Shown here in pieces: positions 60,604 to 64,000 of a DNA stretch of 64,000 nt (the stretch's first letter is position 1; every line of letters starts with the position of its first letter). A program made the position numbers and the translations under genes. Below the pieces are notes generated by a model. It was given only the letters and a program-made list of their open reading frames with translations. It had not been told where the DNA came from and searched no databases. This stretch comes from Mobula birostris (lineage: Eukaryota): the NCBI RefSeq assembly GCF_030028105.1, contig NC_092376.1, positions 103,972,230 through 104,036,229 of the forward strand. Reading direction: 5' to 3'.

Positions 60604-61216
60604 ATTCAAGCAACACACATCAAAGTTGCTGGTGAACGCAGCAGGCCAGGCAGCATCTGTAGGAAGAGGTGCAGTCGACGTTTCAGGCCGAGACCCTTCG
60701 TCAGGACTAACTGAAGGAAGAGTGAGTAAGGGATTTGAAAGTTGGAGGGGGAGGGGGAGATCCAAAATGATAGGAGGAGACAGGAGGGGGAGGGATGGAG
60801 CCAAGAGCTGGACAGGTGATTGGCAAAAGGGGATACGAGAGGATCATGGGACAGGAGGTCCGGGAAGAAAGACGGGGTGGGGGGGAACCCAAAGGATGGG
60901 CAAGAGGTATATTCAGAGGGACAGAGGGAGAAAAAGGAGAGTGAGAGAAAGAATGTGTGCATAAAAATAAGTAACAGATGGGGTACGAGGGGGAGGTGGG
61001 GCCTAGCGGAAGTTAGAGAAGTCGATGTTCATGCCATCAGGTTGGAGGCTACCCAGGTGGAATATAAGGTGTTGTTCCTCCAACCTGAGTGTGGCTTCAT
61101 CTTTACAGTAGAGGAGGCAGTGGATAGACATGTCAGAATGGGAATGGGATGTGGAATTAAAATGTGTGGCCACTGGGAGATCCTGCTTTCTCTGGCGGAC
61201 AGAGCGTAGATGTTCA
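60604..61216 (-). mobile_element. Young PLE 3' fragment: GIY-YIG C-terminus, 3'UTR and hammerhead
   Basis: EHLRSVRQRKQDLPVATHFNSTSHSHSDM..RLEEQHLIFHLGSLQPDGMNIDFSNFR-stop (61003), followed downstream by the hammerhead unit. Confidence 0.9.
60673..60708 (-). ncRNA. Minimal type I hammerhead ribozyme, intact, sense to the PLE ORF
   Basis: Reverse complement is AGTCCTGACGAAGGGTCTCGGCCTGAAACGTCGACT, identical to 6791-6826 and 18181-18216. Confidence 0.8.
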
Positions 61217-63029
61217 GATTGATTTGAACTAAAATCAGTCTCATATGTTTTCTGTGTACTTGCATGCATTTCTCAAGTTTTCTTGCTAATCGCAAAGGCA
61301 TGTTTTTTTAATTCACTTTTGGGATTAGGCATTACTGGCAAGGCGAGCACTTATTACCCATCCCCAATTACCTCTCTGCAGTTCCCTTTAGAAGGTGGTG
61401 ATGAGCTGCTGCCTTAAACAGCTGCTAACCATCTTGGGGGCTCTACATTACAACTATCTTATCAGTTATCGATTATTTTTGGTATTGGAAAGGAAATTCC
61501 AGAATTTGGCTCCAGCAGCTACAAGCGATGGAAACTTGCAGCTGGTGATGCTATCTTGCTCTTGCTGACCTTGTCCTTGATGGTATATGTCATGGCTGTA
61601 GGAGTGTGCTGTCAGAGTAGTCTGGATGAGTACTTTGTAGGATTTAAAGAATTTAAAATGCTAAACACAGTTGAGGCAGCATACACTGATCATACTGGAT
61701 CATCTCTTTTGTTGGGACTATATAATGGCAACAGTTATTGGTCGGATTGATTTGAACTAAAATCAGTCTCGTGCTTGCTTGCATTTCTGAGTTTTCATGC
61801 TAATAATCATGGATGATTTTTTAAATTCGCTTTTGGGATTGGGCATAATCCCAATTAACAAAAGCACAGTGATATATTTCTGAGGCAGAATGGTATGTGG
61901 CCTGGAGCATTGTGTGCTAGTAATGGAGGCAAGGAATATTTTGGTTTATTGATAAGGTGCCAATTAAACAATCAATGCTTCAATGATCCAACAGGAATTT
62001 TGAAATGCAAACTCAAAGTTAAGTACTAATATTTCAAATATATCCTAACTAAAGAACATGTAACTCCAAAATGGACGATTCCATAGTTTTGCTGCTATTG
62101 AGACTCCTCCCTTCTTTCCTCCTCTAAGTGTCTCATCGTAATCTTCTATTTATTTTGTCAATGCATGTCCAAGCTCCCCTAATTGTTTCTATGTGTTAAG
62201 CCTTCCTCATGTTAATGAGTTCCATATTTTCACCGTGAATGTAGAATACAGAATGACTCCAGCTCGAAGCAACCAAATCAATTTTTCTAAAATCACGTGG
62301 CAGTAGCATGGCTTCAAACCAATAGCAGTATACCCCAACTATCGAGAATAGTAGTTTGTAAACTTTAACTTCAGTACGATTCAAATCTTTGAAGTTTTTA
62401 ATTATTGGAAAAAGCACATTGTCACGTCAAGTTTCTGGTTCTTTTAATTAGAACCAGAATTCTCTCAACAGAGAACAGAAAACTGTATATGCTTTACTTC
62501 TAATTTTACATCGTGCTGTGTATTGCCTTTAGGGTCTATTTATTACAATTATCCATTAGTTACCTTTTTTTGTTGTTAGGCATATGACACGTGGAAATCC
62601 ATCATTATCATGCTTTGCTGTTTTGGATTACCTGTGATAAGATATTGAGAATTTAATACAAAAAAATCCATCTGCTAGATTTGGACTGCATGCTTGGTTT
62701 CTATAGCAACTACCATCAATTTAGTTTGGTGAAAGGAAAGTTTTAAGTATGGTCAGGTGTAAGTGGGGGCACTGTGTAGTTTGCTATCAGTGTTTGCTGC
62801 TTTCACAGTACAGGCATTTTCTTATGTATTTCCTGAAACCAAGGACAGAATACCAGTGTGAAATGTTTTCTAACATCAGGTGGGTTGCTAAGTTATTAAT
62901 CATACTATGTCACTAGCCCATTTTTATTGTATTTAAGTTTATCAGTGTCATGACTCATGTTAATTTCTTGGTTATTACCACTTGGACTTTCCCCATGCTC
63001 TTCAATGCCCCCCTATTTAACTTTATTGT

Positions 63030-63990
63030 CATTATCTACACCAGACTACAGTTACATTGAAGAGTTCAAGGCAACTGCCCAGGCTGAATTTCAGAGATGA
63101 GATGGGAGTGCTGCATCGTTTAGTGTGGCACCAATAAGTGTTGATAAAACTGAAGTCATTGGGAATCAAGAAGGAACACTGTTGGAGGTGTATCTTGCAC
63201 AAGGGAAAATGGTTGAGATTATTTGAGGTCAGTCAACCAAAAACCAGAACATCATTGCTGGAGATGTTTGGATGTCATCTTCAGGTGCATTATCTAGGTC
63301 AAAAGCTGGTGAATTTGCAGATGATTGCACAAAGTTCAATGTATTTATGACTCCTCAACAAATGAAGTTGTCATACATACCTGGATACAAGAAGACATGG
63401 GCATCATTTTGGCATGGCTGATAACTGGCACATAACATTTTTGCCACAAAAGTGTCTGCCAGTGACCATCTCCAAACTATCTACTATTGACATCTAATGG
63501 AATTACCATCACTGGGTCCTTTGTGAATAACATCCTGGAGGAGTCACCCTTGATCAACTGCATAAATACAATGGCTACAAGAGAAGACCAGAAGCTGGGC
63601 ATCCTGTGGCAAGTGACATACCTCCTGACATTTGACGCTTCATCTATTATCACTTACAGTGGCTGTATGTACCATCTGTAAATTACAGTACAATGCTTAG
63701 CCCAGCACATATCAATGGCTCTATGAACTTGACATAATATATTATCACCAAAGATAAGGCTACAGGCACATGGGAGCACTACTATCCGGGGGTTTCCCTC
63801 CAGGCCACGTATCATTCTGCCTCAGAAATATATCACTGTGCTTTTGCTACCTCAGGTTCTAAACCTTGTATTTGTTCTAATGGCACAGTTGAAGTACTTT
63901 TGTTGGAAAGACTCTAGCACTTCCAAGAAGGTAGCTCAGCACCAAGGGCAATGAGAGATGAGCAATAAATAATCTTGCCAGCAATTCCTG
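63030..63990 (+). mobile_element. Ancient CR1/L2-group LINE remnant
   Basis: FADD at about 63314 and GGCTACAAGAGAAGACCAGAAGCTGGGCATCCTG. Tail GCAATAAATAATCTTGCCAGCAAT, with an antisense relative at 61315-61640. Confidence 0.55.
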
Positions 63991-64000
63991 AATAATAAAA

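Larger units (their letters stand above)
60511..61855. repeat. Local duplication of about 200 bp (copy 1 at 60511-61330 interrupted by the PLE, copy 2 at 61648-61855 intact)
   Basis: Shared ACTGATCATACTGGATCAT.TCTTTTGTTGGG..ATATAATGGCAA and GATTGATTTGAACTAAAATCAGTCTC..CTTTTGGGATT.GGCAT. Confidence 0.85.

Overview
This is eukaryotic, AT-rich, repeat-dense DNA with no recognisable host protein-coding exon, so most likely a large intron or intergenic stretch. The repeat set points to a cartilaginous fish, probably a ray or skate (inference): CR1/HER1-type LINEs, HE1-like V-SINEs, SacSINE1-like DeuSINEs, many Rex1/Babar LINEs and Penelope-like elements (PLEs). The ORFs with a recognisable product are all transposon fragments: CR1, Rex1, RTE and L1 ORF2 pieces, a PLE GIY-YIG domain, and Tc1, Tigger and Chapaev3 transposase pieces. 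The remaining short ORFs look like antisense shadows or chance frames. The most striking pattern is a family of PLE-derived units carrying a minimal type I hammerhead ribozyme (AGUC-CUGACGA-AGGGUCUCGGCCU-GAAACGUC-GACU). Four copies are 170-240 bp ORF-less inverted-repeat mini-elements, each flanked by a 14-15 bp target-site duplication (TSD); one of the four has lost its hammerhead. A sister MITE in this window supplies the empty site for one mini-element, and a local duplication supplies it for a longer PLE copy. Also present are a family of about 0.8 kb non-coding elements starting with CAAGATGGCGCC-like motifs, a young tRNA-derived SINE, multi-level nested insertions and a 166-N assembly gap. 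All family names come from motif recognition by eye, not database searches, and boundaries of old repeats are approximate.
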